Shown piece by piece: positions 37,358 through 45,942 of a DNA stretch of 64,000 nt. This stretch comes from Candidatus Sericytochromatia bacterium (GTDB taxonomy: Bacteria; Cyanobacteriota; Sericytochromatia; UBA7694). Location of the stretch: assembly GCA_015272195.1 (NCBI GenBank), contig JACYMC010000023.1, positions 5,352 to 69,351 on the forward strand. Reading direction: 5' to 3'. A program made the position numbers and the translations under genes. A model generated the notes under the pieces. That model did not search any database, was not told the origin of the DNA, and worked only from the letters and a program-made list of their open reading frames with translations. Each line of letters begins with the position of its first letter. Position 1 is the stretch's first letter.

Positions 37358-38985
37358 ACCGCCCCTTTCAAAGCCACTTGCCCCTCTTTAACTTGCCATA
37401 CCCCGTCCCAGAAATGCAAGCTGCCAGCGCGGTGTGAGACCACCAGACAGCAGATTTCCGGCCGGGCCTGCTGCAGAGCATCCAAAAGCCGGCGTTCGGT
37501 TTCAGCATCCAGCTCGGACGTGGCTTCATCAAGCAAGAGCAGACGCGGGGCCAGCAAGAGCGCGCGGGCAATGGCCAGACGCTGCTGCTCTCCGCCCGAC
37601 AGACGCTGGGCCCCCGGCCCCAGCGGGGTCTCCAGCCCCTGCGGCAGGCTGCTGACCAGGGCCGTCAGCTGGCAAACAGCCAAAACATCCTCCAGCTGCG
37701 CCTGTGTGCAGGGCTGACCCAGGCAAAGATTGTCGCGCAGGCTCAGATCAAAAAAACCGGCCTTCTGGGGCACCAGTACCACCGGGCTGAATAAGGCAGC
37801 CCAGGCCTCGGGCCAGATCAGGTCGCCAGCACTCAGGGGCAGGCGGGCGGCCAGCAGATGCAACAAGGTGCTTTTGCCGGCGCCGCTGGGCCCCTGCACC
37901 AGCCAGCGCTGGCCCGGCGCCGGCACAAAATCAAGCTGAAGATCGTAAAGCGTGGCGGTTTCTGTACCCGTCAACTGCCCGTCAACCAGCTGCACGGCTT
38001 CGCCGGCATAAACCGGCTGCACGGCAATTGTCTCAGCGGGGACGGCCAGGAGCTGCTGCAGCCGCTCCCAGGAGGCCTGAGCAACCAGCAGCTGGGCACG
38101 GCTCTCAGCCAGCCAGAGCGCCGGATCCACGGCCAGGGCCAGGGCCGCGGCAAAAGCCAGCAGGGCCGGCAGCGTCAGCACACCCTGCTGGACCAGCCAG
38201 ACACTGATACCCAGCAAAAGCGCCATGGCCAGAACCTGCAGGCTGCCCATCAGGGGACGCTCCGCTTCGCGCCAGCAGATGGTGCGCCAGCTGGCAGAAA
38301 ACCATTGCTGATGGCTGTGCTGCAGGCGCTGCAAACGCCAGGAAACCAGCCCGTACAGCTGAATCAGACTGCGCTGCTGCAGGGTGTCATTCAGCTCAGC
38401 CATCACCCCGTCCAGGGCGTTTTGCTGCTGGTGGGCCTGACGCTGCAGGCGCTGGCTGAGCAGGCGCAATAATCCACTCAGCAAGGGGGCTGTAAGCAGA
38501 AGCAGCAACATCAGCTGCCAGGCCAGCCAGCTGGCCGCGCCCAGCAGCACCGCCAGTAACAATAAACTGGGCATAAAACGGTGCAAAAGCGCCACCAGGG
38601 CCTGGCGCAACACCTGCAAATCGTCTGTCAGCACCGTCAGCAAATGCTCCGGGGACTGTCGGCGCAGCCAGAGCCAGTCACGGGCAAAGATGGCGGCAAA
38701 GGCTTGCTGCCGCAGTTGCAGCACCCAGCGACCGGCCAGCCATTCGAGCAGGCACTTCTGGGCATACTCCAGACCATGACGACAGAGATAGACCCCACAG
38801 ATCACGGTCAGCAGACCCGCCATGCCGGTCAGCGTCAACTTGCCTGTAAACACCGTTTCCAGCCGGGCGGCCAGGGGCAGCAGCGCCAGGGTCAGCACCA
38901 GCTGTGCCGCAAACAGTCCAAAGGCCAGCCAGAGCCGCAAGCGCCAGGGGCGCAGCTGCTGCAGCAGGGCCATCACAAAGCGCAT
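37354..38985 (-). CDS. Fused ABC transporter permease/ATPase (exporter type, CydC/CydD- or MsbA-like)
   Basis: N-terminal 5-6 TM region. C-terminal Walker A 'GPSGAGKST', signature 'LSGGEQQRLAIARAL', Walker B 'LLLLDEATS'. Confidence 0.75.
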   Translation of the reverse strand: MRFVMALLQQLRPWRLRLWLAFGLFAAQLVLTLALLPLAARLETVFTGKLTLTGMAGLLTVICGVYLCRHGLEYAQKCLLEWLAGRWVLQLRQQAFAAIFARDWLWLRRQSPEHLLTVLTDDLQVLRQALVALLHRFMPSLLLLAVLLGAASWLAWQLMLLLLLTAPLLSGLLRLLSQRLQRQAHQQQNALDGVMAELNDTLQQRSLIQLYGLVSWRLQRLQHSHQQWFSASWRTICWREAERPLMGSLQVLAMALLLGISVWLVQQGVLTLPALLAFAAALALAVDPALWLAESRAQLLVAQASWERLQQLLAVPAETIAVQPVYAGEAVQLVDGQLTGTETATLYDLQLDFVPAPGQRWLVQGPSGAGKSTLLHLLAARLPLSAGDLIWPEAWAALFSPVVLVPQKAGFFDLSLRDNLCLGQPCTQAQLEDVLAVCQLTALVSSLPQGLETPLGPGAQRLSGGEQQRLAIARALLLAPRLLLLDEATSELDAETERRLLDALQQARPEICCLVVSHRAGSLHFWDGVWQVKEGQVALKGAV

Positions 38986-39001
38986 GCCGCTTCAGCTGCG
39001 T

Positions 39002-39607
39002 TCAGGCATACCAGCCTGCAAAGCCAATGGACTCAGAGACCGTGTCGCCGGTTTTCACAGCGGCAAGGTCCTGCTCAAACTGGGCGCGCAGCAGGCGGCC
39101 ATAGATCACCAGGTCTCGGCCCATGCGCTGCAGGCGATCCAGGGCCCGCTGTTCCTGCAGGCTGCCATCGGGGGCAAAGTCGGCCTCGCGCACCGCCGTC
39201 TGATAGGGCAGGGCCCAGCCATGGCAGTGCTGCACCGCCACACGCATCTGGGTATTGCAGCTCACGCCCATGCTGCCACCGGTAGTCGCAGCCAGGGCAA
39301 AGAGTTTGCCCGCAAACTCGTGGTAGTGAAAGTCAAAAAAGTTTTTGATCCAGTTGCTCATACAGCCGTGGTACTCTGGCGAGACCACAATAAAGCCGTC
39401 AGCATCCCGCGTCAGCTGCTTCATCTGCTGCACGGCGACATCGGCAGCAAAGTCCTGATCCACCCGCATAATCGGAATGGCAGCGGCCAGCACGTCCAGC
39501 GCCTGAACTTCAGCCCCGGCGGCACGGGCGGCTTCGGCAATCACATTGACGGTCAGGCGGGAGCGGCTGTCCTGCTGGGTGGCCCCGTAAACGGCAAGAA
39601 TCTTCAT
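39002..39607 (-). CDS. NAD(P)H-dependent FMN reductase family protein
   Basis: 'MKILAVYGATQQDSRSRL', 'DGFIVVSPEYHGCMSNWIKN', typical flavodoxin-like fold motifs. Confidence 0.7.
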   Translation of the reverse strand: MKILAVYGATQQDSRSRLTVNVIAEAARAAGAEVQALDVLAAAIPIMRVDQDFAADVAVQQMKQLTRDADGFIVVSPEYHGCMSNWIKNFFDFHYHEFAGKLFALAATTGGSMGVSCNTQMRVAVQHCHGWALPYQTAVREADFAPDGSLQEQRALDRLQRMGRDLVIYGRLLRAQFEQDLAAVKTGDTVSESIGFAGWYA

Positions 39608-39665
39608 GGTTTCAGCTCCTGATTGGGTTTGCCCTCTATCTTACCGCATGATATGCTGAGCCTGT

Positions 39666-40052
39666 GAAGTGGTCCAGGTGATTGCGCTGCGCCCCTGTCA
39701 AGAGGCCAGTGAGGAAAGTCCGGGCTCCACAGGGCAGGATGCTGGTTAACGGCCAGCGGGGGTGACCCCGGGAAAGTGCCACAGAAAAGAACCGCCTTCA
39801 TCACGCAGCCCACAACGCAGCCGAAGGTAAGGGTGCAACGGTGGTGTAAGAGACCACCAGCAATTGAGCGATCAATTGGCTAGGCAAACCCCGTCCGGAG
39901 CAAGGCAAACAGAGGCCATGGCGGCCCGTCTCGTCCTCAGGTATGCCGCAGGAGGTGTCCGGCAACGGGCATCCCAGATAGATAATCACCCCGTCTGCGA
40001 CCGGCTTGCCGGCCACAGACGGACAGAACCCGGCTTATCGGACCACTTTACA
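39666..40052 (+). ncRNA. rnpB: RNase P RNA, bacterial type A
   Basis: Universal blocks present: 'GAGGAAAGTCCGGGCTCCACAGGGCA', 'GGTAACGGCCAGCGGGGGTGACCCCGGGAAAGTGCCACAGAAA', 'GGTAAGGGTGCAACGGTGGTGTAAGAGACCACC', 'CCGGAGCAAGGCAAACAGAGG', 'ACAGAACCCGGCTTATCGG'. P1 pairs GAAGTGGTCC (5') with GGACCACTTT (3'). Confidence 0.9.
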
Positions 40053-40069
40053 TCCCTGCTTAACAGGAT

Positions 40070-40696
40070 TCAGGCCGGCAGCCAGGCTTCGGCACAGTCC
40101 GGGTCAATCGCTTCCAACTCATCGCGGTAGTCACCCAGCACATCATCGCGATCGCGGGCAAAAGCGCCTTCCTCAAAGTCGTTGACATCGTCATAGGCCT
40201 CATCAAAACTGCCTTCGCCGTCCTCATCAAAGGCACTCAGACCGCTGAGCATATCGAGCCCTGTGCGCACCATTTTGAGAAACTGGGGAAAAGAAGAAGC
40301 AATACAGCGGGCATCGCCATCGGGCTCCAGCACAAACACAGCAGCACTCAGCGCGTCATCGCTGGCCGACTCCAGCACCAGGGGCTGATCGTTAAAGCTG
40401 CCAATCACAAAATAACCGGGCTCGGCATCGGCCTGAAACTCCGGCAGGGCATCCGCACTGTGTAGCTGCACGGCAATCTGCCCTCCAATGCGCCAGACAC
40501 TGTCACCCGGATTGAGCTGGCCCAGAAAAGCGCGGTAGACTCCGGGCAGGCGGAACGTGCGCGCCACACTGTCGAGCACATCCTCTTCTGCGCCATCCTG
40601 GTAATCGTAGCCTTCGTGGTCAAGCAGGACTTTTAAATCGGCAATCTCTTCGAGCAAAATTTCATGGGACATGGTTTGATCCTTTCTGCTGGCCAC
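40070..40696 (-). CDS. SMI1/KNR4 (SUKH)-like acidic protein
   Basis: 208 aa with a central 'GYFVIGSFNDQPLVLE' pattern and an acidic C-terminal tail. Weak family call. Confidence 0.35.
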   Translation of the reverse strand: MASRKDQTMSHEILLEEIADLKVLLDHEGYDYQDGAEEDVLDSVARTFRLPGVYRAFLGQLNPGDSVWRIGGQIAVQLHSADALPEFQADAEPGYFVIGSFNDQPLVLESASDDALSAAVFVLEPDGDARCIASSFPQFLKMVRTGLDMLSGLSAFDEDGEGSFDEAYDDVNDFEEGAFARDRDDVLGDYRDELEAIDPDCAEAWLPA

Positions 40697-40718
40697 AGAT
40701 TCTGTTGCTTGTCTTTTT

Positions 40719-40781
40719 TATGATAACAGGATGATAGCCGTCTCAGGTTTCGGAGCATGATAAGATGAAGACAATAAGATG
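40719..40781 (+). promoter_or_regulatory. Cluster of ATGATAA / GATGATAG / ATAAGATG motif copies in the divergent intergenic region upstream of the GT4 gene
   Basis: ATGATAA at 40720 and 40757, GATGATAG at 40730, ATAAGATG at 40760 and 40774. Confidence 0.2.
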
Positions 40782-40802
40782 TGCAAGACAATGAGGTAAA
40801 GT

Positions 40803-41966
40803 ATGAATATTCTGATGTTAAGCTGGGAATACCCACCCCGCGTGGTCGGCGGACTCGCCCGCCATGCCGAAGAAATCTCCGAAGCGCTGGTCAATGCCTG
40901 GGAACATGTAGATGTGATCACCGCAGACCATCCCGACACCCCGGCATACAGCCAGGTCAACGGCGTACACATTCATCGCATCAAAGAAGCCATTAAAGCG
41001 CCCCAGTTCTTCCCCTGGGTGCTGCACATGAATTTCGATATGCTCAACCGCGCCCACCAGATCATGCAGACCCAGGATATCGACATCATTCACGCCCACG
41101 ACTGGCTCGTGGCGCATGCCGCCATTCAGCTCAAGCAAATCTACAAAAAGCCGATTGTGGCCACCATTCACGCCACCGAATCCGGTCGCTGGAGCGGTAT
41201 TCACAACGAAATTCAGGCCTATGTACACAGCATGGAGTGGTACCTGAACTACGAATCCGCCCGCACCATTGTCTGCAGCGACTATATGCGTGACGAAGTG
41301 ATCCGCAACTACAACCTGCCCTACGACAAAATCGACATTATTCCCAACGGCATCAAGCGCGAGAAGTTTCTGTTTGACTTCCCCGACGCGCTCAACTTCC
41401 GCCGGGGGCTGGCAGCGGACCACGAGCCGCTGATTGTCAGCGTGGGCCGCATGGTGCCCGAAAAGGGCTTCCAGAACCTGATTGCAGCCGCCGCCGACGT
41501 ACTGGCCGAGATCCCGCAGGCCCGCTTTGTGATTGCCGGCAAGGGCGGCATGCTCGAAGAGCTGCGCAGCCGCGCCCAGGCCTATGGCATTGCCGACCGC
41601 GTCTTTTTGCCCGGCTACGTTTCTGACGAAGATCTTCTGAAGCTGCTGCGCGTGGCCGATGTGGGCGTGTACCCCAGCCTTTACGAGCCCTTTGGCATTG
41701 TGGCCCTGGAGGCCATGGCGGCCCGCACCCCCGTGGTGGTGTCAGACACTGGCGGCCTGGCCGGCATTGTGGAACACGGCGTCACCGGTCTCAAAACCCA
41801 CGTCGGCTCTTCTGACTCGCTGGCCTGGGGCATCAAACAGATGCTCTACCACCCCGAGTGGGCCAGCTGGATGGTAGACCAGGCCTATCAGCGCCTGATC
41901 GACACCTTTAACTGGGATATTATTGCCGAGCAGACCAAGGCCGTTTACCGGCAGGTGGCCGGTTAA
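40803..41966 (+). CDS. Glycosyltransferase family 4 (GT-B, 'glycosyl transferase group 1')
   Basis: N-terminal 'PPRVVGGLARHAEEISEAL' motif and the C-terminal 'E..G...LEAMA.G.PVV.S..GG' sequence 'YEPFGIVALEAMAARTPVVVSDTGGL'. Confidence 0.75.
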   Translation: MNILMLSWEYPPRVVGGLARHAEEISEALVNAWEHVDVITADHPDTPAYSQVNGVHIHRIKEAIKAPQFFPWVLHMNFDMLNRAHQIMQTQDIDIIHAHDWLVAHAAIQLKQIYKKPIVATIHATESGRWSGIHNEIQAYVHSMEWYLNYESARTIVCSDYMRDEVIRNYNLPYDKIDIIPNGIKREKFLFDFPDALNFRRGLAADHEPLIVSVGRMVPEKGFQNLIAAAADVLAEIPQARFVIAGKGGMLEELRSRAQAYGIADRVFLPGYVSDEDLLKLLRVADVGVYPSLYEPFGIVALEAMAARTPVVVSDTGGLAGIVEHGVTGLKTHVGSSDSLAWGIKQMLYHPEWASWMVDQAYQRLIDTFNWDIIAEQTKAVYRQVAG

Positions 41967-41974
41967 CACCGCGT

Positions 41975-42595
41975 ATGCTGGATATCTTGCTGGCTGAAGA
42001 CGACCCCATTGCCCAGGAGATCACCCGCACGGCGGTCAGCGCCTGGGGCTACAGCATGCAGATTGCCGCTGACGGTAACCAGGCCTGGGAAATTCTGCAA
42101 ACCAAAGAAACCCCGCGCCTGGTGTTGCTCGACTGGAGCATGCCGGGTCTCAACGGCCTGGAAATCTGCCAGCGCGTGCGGGCTTCAGCCAGCCTGAAAT
42201 CGCTTTATATCATTGTGCTGACCGCCAGCTCCGGCCGCGAGAACATGCTGGCCTGCCTGGCCGCCGGTGCCGACGACTACCTCGAAAAGCCGGTCGATGC
42301 AACCCTGCTCCAGGCTCGAATTCGCGTGGCAGAACGCATTTTAAGCCTGCAACGCGAGCTGACGGCCAATATTCATGAGCTGCAGGAAGCCCTGGCCAAC
42401 GTCAAAGAGCTGAGCGGCCTGCTGCCGATCTGCTCTTACTGCAAAAAAATCCGCAACGACGAAAACTACTGGGAGCGTCTGGAGTCCTATCTGATGACCC
42501 ATACCCACGCTCAGTTCAGCCACAGCATCTGCCCGGACTGTTACAACGATGTGGTCAGCAAAGAACTCAACGCCTTCAAAAAAAAGGACAGCTAG
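41975..42595 (+). CDS. Response regulator: receiver domain plus C-terminal Cys-rich 'CSYCKKIR...W...H...CPDCY' domain
   Basis: 'ILLAEDD', phospho-acceptor 'LVLLDWSMPGLNG', 'IIVLTA', 'GADDYLEKP'. The C-terminal 'LPICSYCKKIRNDENYWERLESYLMTHTHAQFSHSICPDCY' is a recurring signalling-protein C-tail. Confidence 0.75.
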   Translation: MLDILLAEDDPIAQEITRTAVSAWGYSMQIAADGNQAWEILQTKETPRLVLLDWSMPGLNGLEICQRVRASASLKSLYIIVLTASSGRENMLACLAAGADDYLEKPVDATLLQARIRVAERILSLQRELTANIHELQEALANVKELSGLLPICSYCKKIRNDENYWERLESYLMTHTHAQFSHSICPDCYNDVVSKELNAFKKKDS

Positions 42596-42597
42596 CC

Positions 42598-43521
42598 ATG
42601 CTGATCGCCCTTGCCGGACCCACCGCCAGCGGCAAAACCGAGCTGGCTCTGCAACTGGCCGAACAGCTCGACGGTGAGATTCTCTGCGCTGACTCGCGCC
42701 AAATCTACAAAGAACTGGATATTGGCACGGCCACCCCAGGTCTGGCCGAACAGGCCCGCGCCCCGCACCATCTCTTTAATATGGCCGATCCCCGCACAAC
42801 CCTGACCCTGGCCGAGTACGCCGCCGCCGCTGAAGCGGCCATCAAAGCCATCATGGCGCGGAGTAAAGTACCCATTCTGGTAGGGGGCACGGGGCTGTAT
42901 TTTCGCACCCTGCTCTATGCCTATCAGATTCCTGAGGTGGCCCCACAGCCGACGCTGCGCGCTGAACTGCAGGCCCGCGAAGACGCCAGCCCCGGTAGCC
43001 TGCACCGTGAGCTGGCCGACGTGGACCCGCTCAGCGCCGAGCGGCTGCATGCCCACGATCTGCGGCGCATTATCCGGGCGCTGGAGGTCTACCAGCAGAC
43101 CGGTCAGCCCATCTCAAGCCTGCAGCAGGGGGCATCACAGCTGCAGCGCCCCTGCCTGTATTATGGCCTGCAGGTGCCCAAAGAAGTGCTCTACCGGCGT
43201 ATTCAGCAGCGCATTCAGCAGATGTTTGCCGACGGCCTGGCCGAAGAAGTCAGCCAGCTGCGCGCCCGCTACGGTGCCGATCTGCCCCTGCTGCAGACCC
43301 TCAACTACCTGGAAACCGGCAAATATCTCGACGGCACCTGGGATCTGGCCACCGCCAGTGAGCAGATGTTTATTCACACCCGCCAATACGCCAAGCGCCA
43401 GTACACCTGGTTTCGCCGCGACAGCGAACTGCAGCGGCAGCCGGTCGCCAGTGCAGCCGACATTGCTGCCCTGGCCCAGCAGATCGCCCGGCAGTGGCAG
43501 GAGTGTGTGAGCCATGTCTGA
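42598..43521 (+). CDS. miaA: tRNA dimethylallyltransferase
   Basis: P-loop 'GPTASGKT', 'DSRQIYKELDIGTA', 'GGTGLY'. 307 aa. Confidence 0.9.
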   Translation: MLIALAGPTASGKTELALQLAEQLDGEILCADSRQIYKELDIGTATPGLAEQARAPHHLFNMADPRTTLTLAEYAAAAEAAIKAIMARSKVPILVGGTGLYFRTLLYAYQIPEVAPQPTLRAELQAREDASPGSLHRELADVDPLSAERLHAHDLRRIIRALEVYQQTGQPISSLQQGASQLQRPCLYYGLQVPKEVLYRRIQQRIQQMFADGLAEEVSQLRARYGADLPLLQTLNYLETGKYLDGTWDLATASEQMFIHTRQYAKRQYTWFRRDSELQRQPVASAADIAALAQQIARQWQECVSHV

Positions 43522-44728
43522 AGACAGCTTTCGGCTGCAGGTAGAAAGCCACCCTGAGACGCAGTTATTGCAGACCCTGCACCTGGGCCTGCAGCACACC
43601 GTCCAGGTGGTCAGCCTCTTTGACAAAATCTACCTGATTGAGCGCTACAAGGCCGAGCGCATGCCGCCCCTGCGCCTGGACGAGCCGGCCCTGCTGAAAC
43701 AGCTCTATACCACCGGCAAGCTGGAGGCGGAGGCCCTGCGCCCCCTGCTGCCCCCGCGCCAGAGTGCCAGCATCGACTTTTTGATCGATGATCAAAGCAG
43801 CAGCACAGCACCTGAAGCCAGCGAACAAAACGAGGCCACAACAGCCCCGGCTGCCGGTGCGGGCCACGACCCGCTGCAGGCCCTGCTCTACCAGGCCATG
43901 AGCCGTTTTGCCCGCCAGAGCGAGGCCAATGTCGCCCCAGCGCCCGACAACGCTGAGAGCCAGCCCCCTGCAGCAACCGATGCGGCGTCCATCGCTGACC
44001 CCGCACAGCCAGCCATATCAGCTGAACGCCCGCCGATTCAGCTGCTGACCGCCCCGCTGGTGCAAGAGGCCCTGCAAAACGCCCTGGAGCAACAGCAGCA
44101 ACGCCTGGAACAGAGCCAGCAGCTGCACCAGCAATTGCAAAACCAGACCACTGAAGTGCGGCAGGCCTTCGACACCCTGCCCCATATGCAGGCCCGTATG
44201 GATCACCTGCAGGCCCAGCTGGAGCAGTGGCAAAGCGATATGGAGCGCCACCACCTGACCCGCGATCACCTGCTGGCTCACACCCAGCAGGAACTGAGTC
44301 AGATGCAGCAGGAGCTGCAGCAGCTACTGGCCGACGGCCTGGCCCTGCAAAAAGTGTTGCGCGAGCAGCGCTTCCCGCCCCAGAGCCAGATGGATGAACG
44401 GCTGGAGTGCCTGGCCGATATGCTGGATCAGGTGGTGCAGCAGCGCCGCTGGGTGCACGCCCTGCAGCAGCGGGCCAGTTATCAGGCCCTCGAAAGCAGC
44501 CGTTTGCAGCTGCTACAGCAACGCCGGCAGGCGCTGCGCGAAGATATCGCCAGCCTGCAGGCCGCCATCGCACAGCTGGAGCAGATCAATCAGGAAATTT
44601 TAACCGCCGATCCGCTCTGCGTGCCCGAGCCCGTGCCCGCCCTGGCTTTGCACGAACTGGCCCGCCTGGAGCAGGAACTGCAGATTCTGAACCATGACCC
44701 CGCCCTGACCGAAGGAGAAGCCCCTTGA
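43514..44728 (+). CDS. Gln-rich coiled-coil protein, overlapping the miaA stop by 8 nt
   Basis: 404 aa with extensive Q/L heptads ('LEQSQQLHQQLQNQ...'). ATG sits inside the miaA stop context (ATGTCTGA). Confidence 0.5.
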   Translation: MSEDSFRLQVESHPETQLLQTLHLGLQHTVQVVSLFDKIYLIERYKAERMPPLRLDEPALLKQLYTTGKLEAEALRPLLPPRQSASIDFLIDDQSSSTAPEASEQNEATTAPAAGAGHDPLQALLYQAMSRFARQSEANVAPAPDNAESQPPAATDAASIADPAQPAISAERPPIQLLTAPLVQEALQNALEQQQQRLEQSQQLHQQLQNQTTEVRQAFDTLPHMQARMDHLQAQLEQWQSDMERHHLTRDHLLAHTQQELSQMQQELQQLLADGLALQKVLREQRFPPQSQMDERLECLADMLDQVVQQRRWVHALQQRASYQALESSRLQLLQQRRQALREDIASLQAAIAQLEQINQEILTADPLCVPEPVPALALHELARLEQELQILNHDPALTEGEAP

Positions 44729-44901
44729 AAACCATTGTATCTGCTGGCCTGAGACTGCTCAAATACCTGCTGATCTTTGCCGCGCTGAGCCTGTGTATTC
44801 CGTATTTGTTTAAATCTTTGCCCTTTGTGACCCTGGGCTTTTTGGGCATTGTGGTGGTGCTGGTCATGAAGCGCGACCTGCTGGGGTCCCAGGCCCCATG
44901 A
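44725..44901 (+). CDS. Possible small membrane protein (58 aa) with a TTG start
   Basis: GAAGGAG Shine-Dalgarno 7 nt upstream of the TTG. Two hydrophobic helices. Stop overlaps the next gene's ATG (ATGA). Confidence 0.25.
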   Translation: MKTIVSAGLRLLKYLLIFAALSLCIPYLFKSLPFVTLGFLGIVVVLVMKRDLLGSQAP

Positions 44902-45320
44902 AGCCCCGCGCCCTGCTGCTCTGGCTGGGCCTCTGGTTCTGTCTGGTCGGACCCGCCACTGCCAGCGCACGGCCTGTTTTAAAAGTGGTGGAACCCGTGG
45001 TGATTTTTGGCAGCCAGCAGCAGTATCAGTTCAAGGCCCGCATTGACACAGGGGCCACCCTCTCAAGCATCGACAGCCGTCTGGCCCAGCGCCTGGGCCT
45101 GGACCAGCAGCCCCTGCGCGAGATTCTGGTACAGAACGCCCACGGCACCACCCGCCGCCGGGTGATCAGGGTCAAATACATTCTCAAAGGCCAGCTGCGC
45201 GAAAGCGACTTTACCCTGATTTCACGTCAGGATTTGCCTTACCCGATCCTGCTGGGCCGTCGCAGCCTCAAAGGCTTTCTGGTAGACCCCAGCGAACCGG
45301 AGGGCTCTGCACAGCCCTGA
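44898..45320 (+). CDS. Secreted retropepsin-like aspartic protease domain protein (DTGA motif)
   Basis: Signal peptide 'MKPRALLLWLGLWFCLVGPATASA'. 'ARIDTGATLSSID' Asp-Thr-Gly catalytic signature. 'ILLGRRSL' matches the retropepsin C-terminal pattern. Confidence 0.55.
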   Translation: MKPRALLLWLGLWFCLVGPATASARPVLKVVEPVVIFGSQQQYQFKARIDTGATLSSIDSRLAQRLGLDQQPLREILVQNAHGTTRRRVIRVKYILKGQLRESDFTLISRQDLPYPILLGRRSLKGFLVDPSEPEGSAQP

Positions 45321-45405
45321 TGTGTATCATGCACGCACCCGACTTGAACAAAAAACGGATTTATGCGTCAATAAAAGCCAGTCTGCATCCACCGAGGTCA
45401 AGCCC

Positions 45406-45924
45406 ATGAAAAAATACGCCCTGATTATCACCGGCCTGCTGGCCTGCACCCCGCCCGCTCTGGCCCAGAGCGCCCCAATGGCAGAATCTCCGGCCCAGGT
45501 CGATTACCCCGGCTTTACCCGCCTGGCCGCTGAGGCCGAGCAGCACCGCCAGCAGCGGCTGGTTGATCTCAACACCTTCTTAAAAATGGCCGCTGAACCC
45601 GGCACAGTCGTACTCGACAGCCGCTCGGCAGCCGCCTTTGCCCGCAAACATATCCAGGGTGCTGTGCACCTCAACTTTTCAGACTTCACCGCCGCCAAGC
45701 TGGCCGCTGTGATTCCCGACAAAAACACCCGCATTCTGATCTACTGCAACAACAACCTCGAAGACGACAGCCAGAACTTTCCGGCCAAAAGCATGACCCT
45801 GGCCCTGAATATTCCCACCTTCATCAACCTCTACGGCTACGGCTACACCAACATCTACGAACTGGCCAGCCTGGTCTCGGTCAGCGACCCCCGTCTGGTG
45901 TTTGCGGGCAGTGCCGTACCCTGA
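45406..45924 (+). CDS. Rhodanese-domain lipoprotein
   Basis: Lipobox 'GLLAC'. Rhodanese active-site region 'RILIYCNNN' (Cys in the CNNN loop). Start moved to the internal Met preceded by the signal peptide. Confidence 0.55.
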   Translation: MKKYALIITGLLACTPPALAQSAPMAESPAQVDYPGFTRLAAEAEQHRQQRLVDLNTFLKMAAEPGTVVLDSRSAAAFARKHIQGAVHLNFSDFTAAKLAAVIPDKNTRILIYCNNNLEDDSQNFPAKSMTLALNIPTFINLYGYGYTNIYELASLVSVSDPRLVFAGSAVP

Positions 45925-45942
45925 AAAAACAAAACGCCCCGC

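Noticed and set aside
37858-38472. 204-aa plus-strand ORF antisense to the ABC transporter
   Set aside because: Gln/Arg/Gly-rich antisense artefact. The ABC motifs lie on the minus frame.
39604-40130. Three ORFs (69, 71 and 88 aa) in the ORF track between the FMN reductase and the SMI1-like gene
   Set aside because: They overlap the RNase P RNA gene. The sequence conservation is at RNA level.
42917-43510. 197-aa alternative-frame ORF inside miaA
   Set aside because: Same-strand out-of-frame ORF in a GC-rich gene. miaA motifs are in the other frame.
43611-44573. 320-aa minus-strand ORF antisense to the Q-rich coiled-coil gene
   Set aside because: Ala/Gly/Arg/Pro-rich composition typical of antisense frames in GC-rich coiled-coil genes. 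The sense ORF is translationally coupled to miaA.
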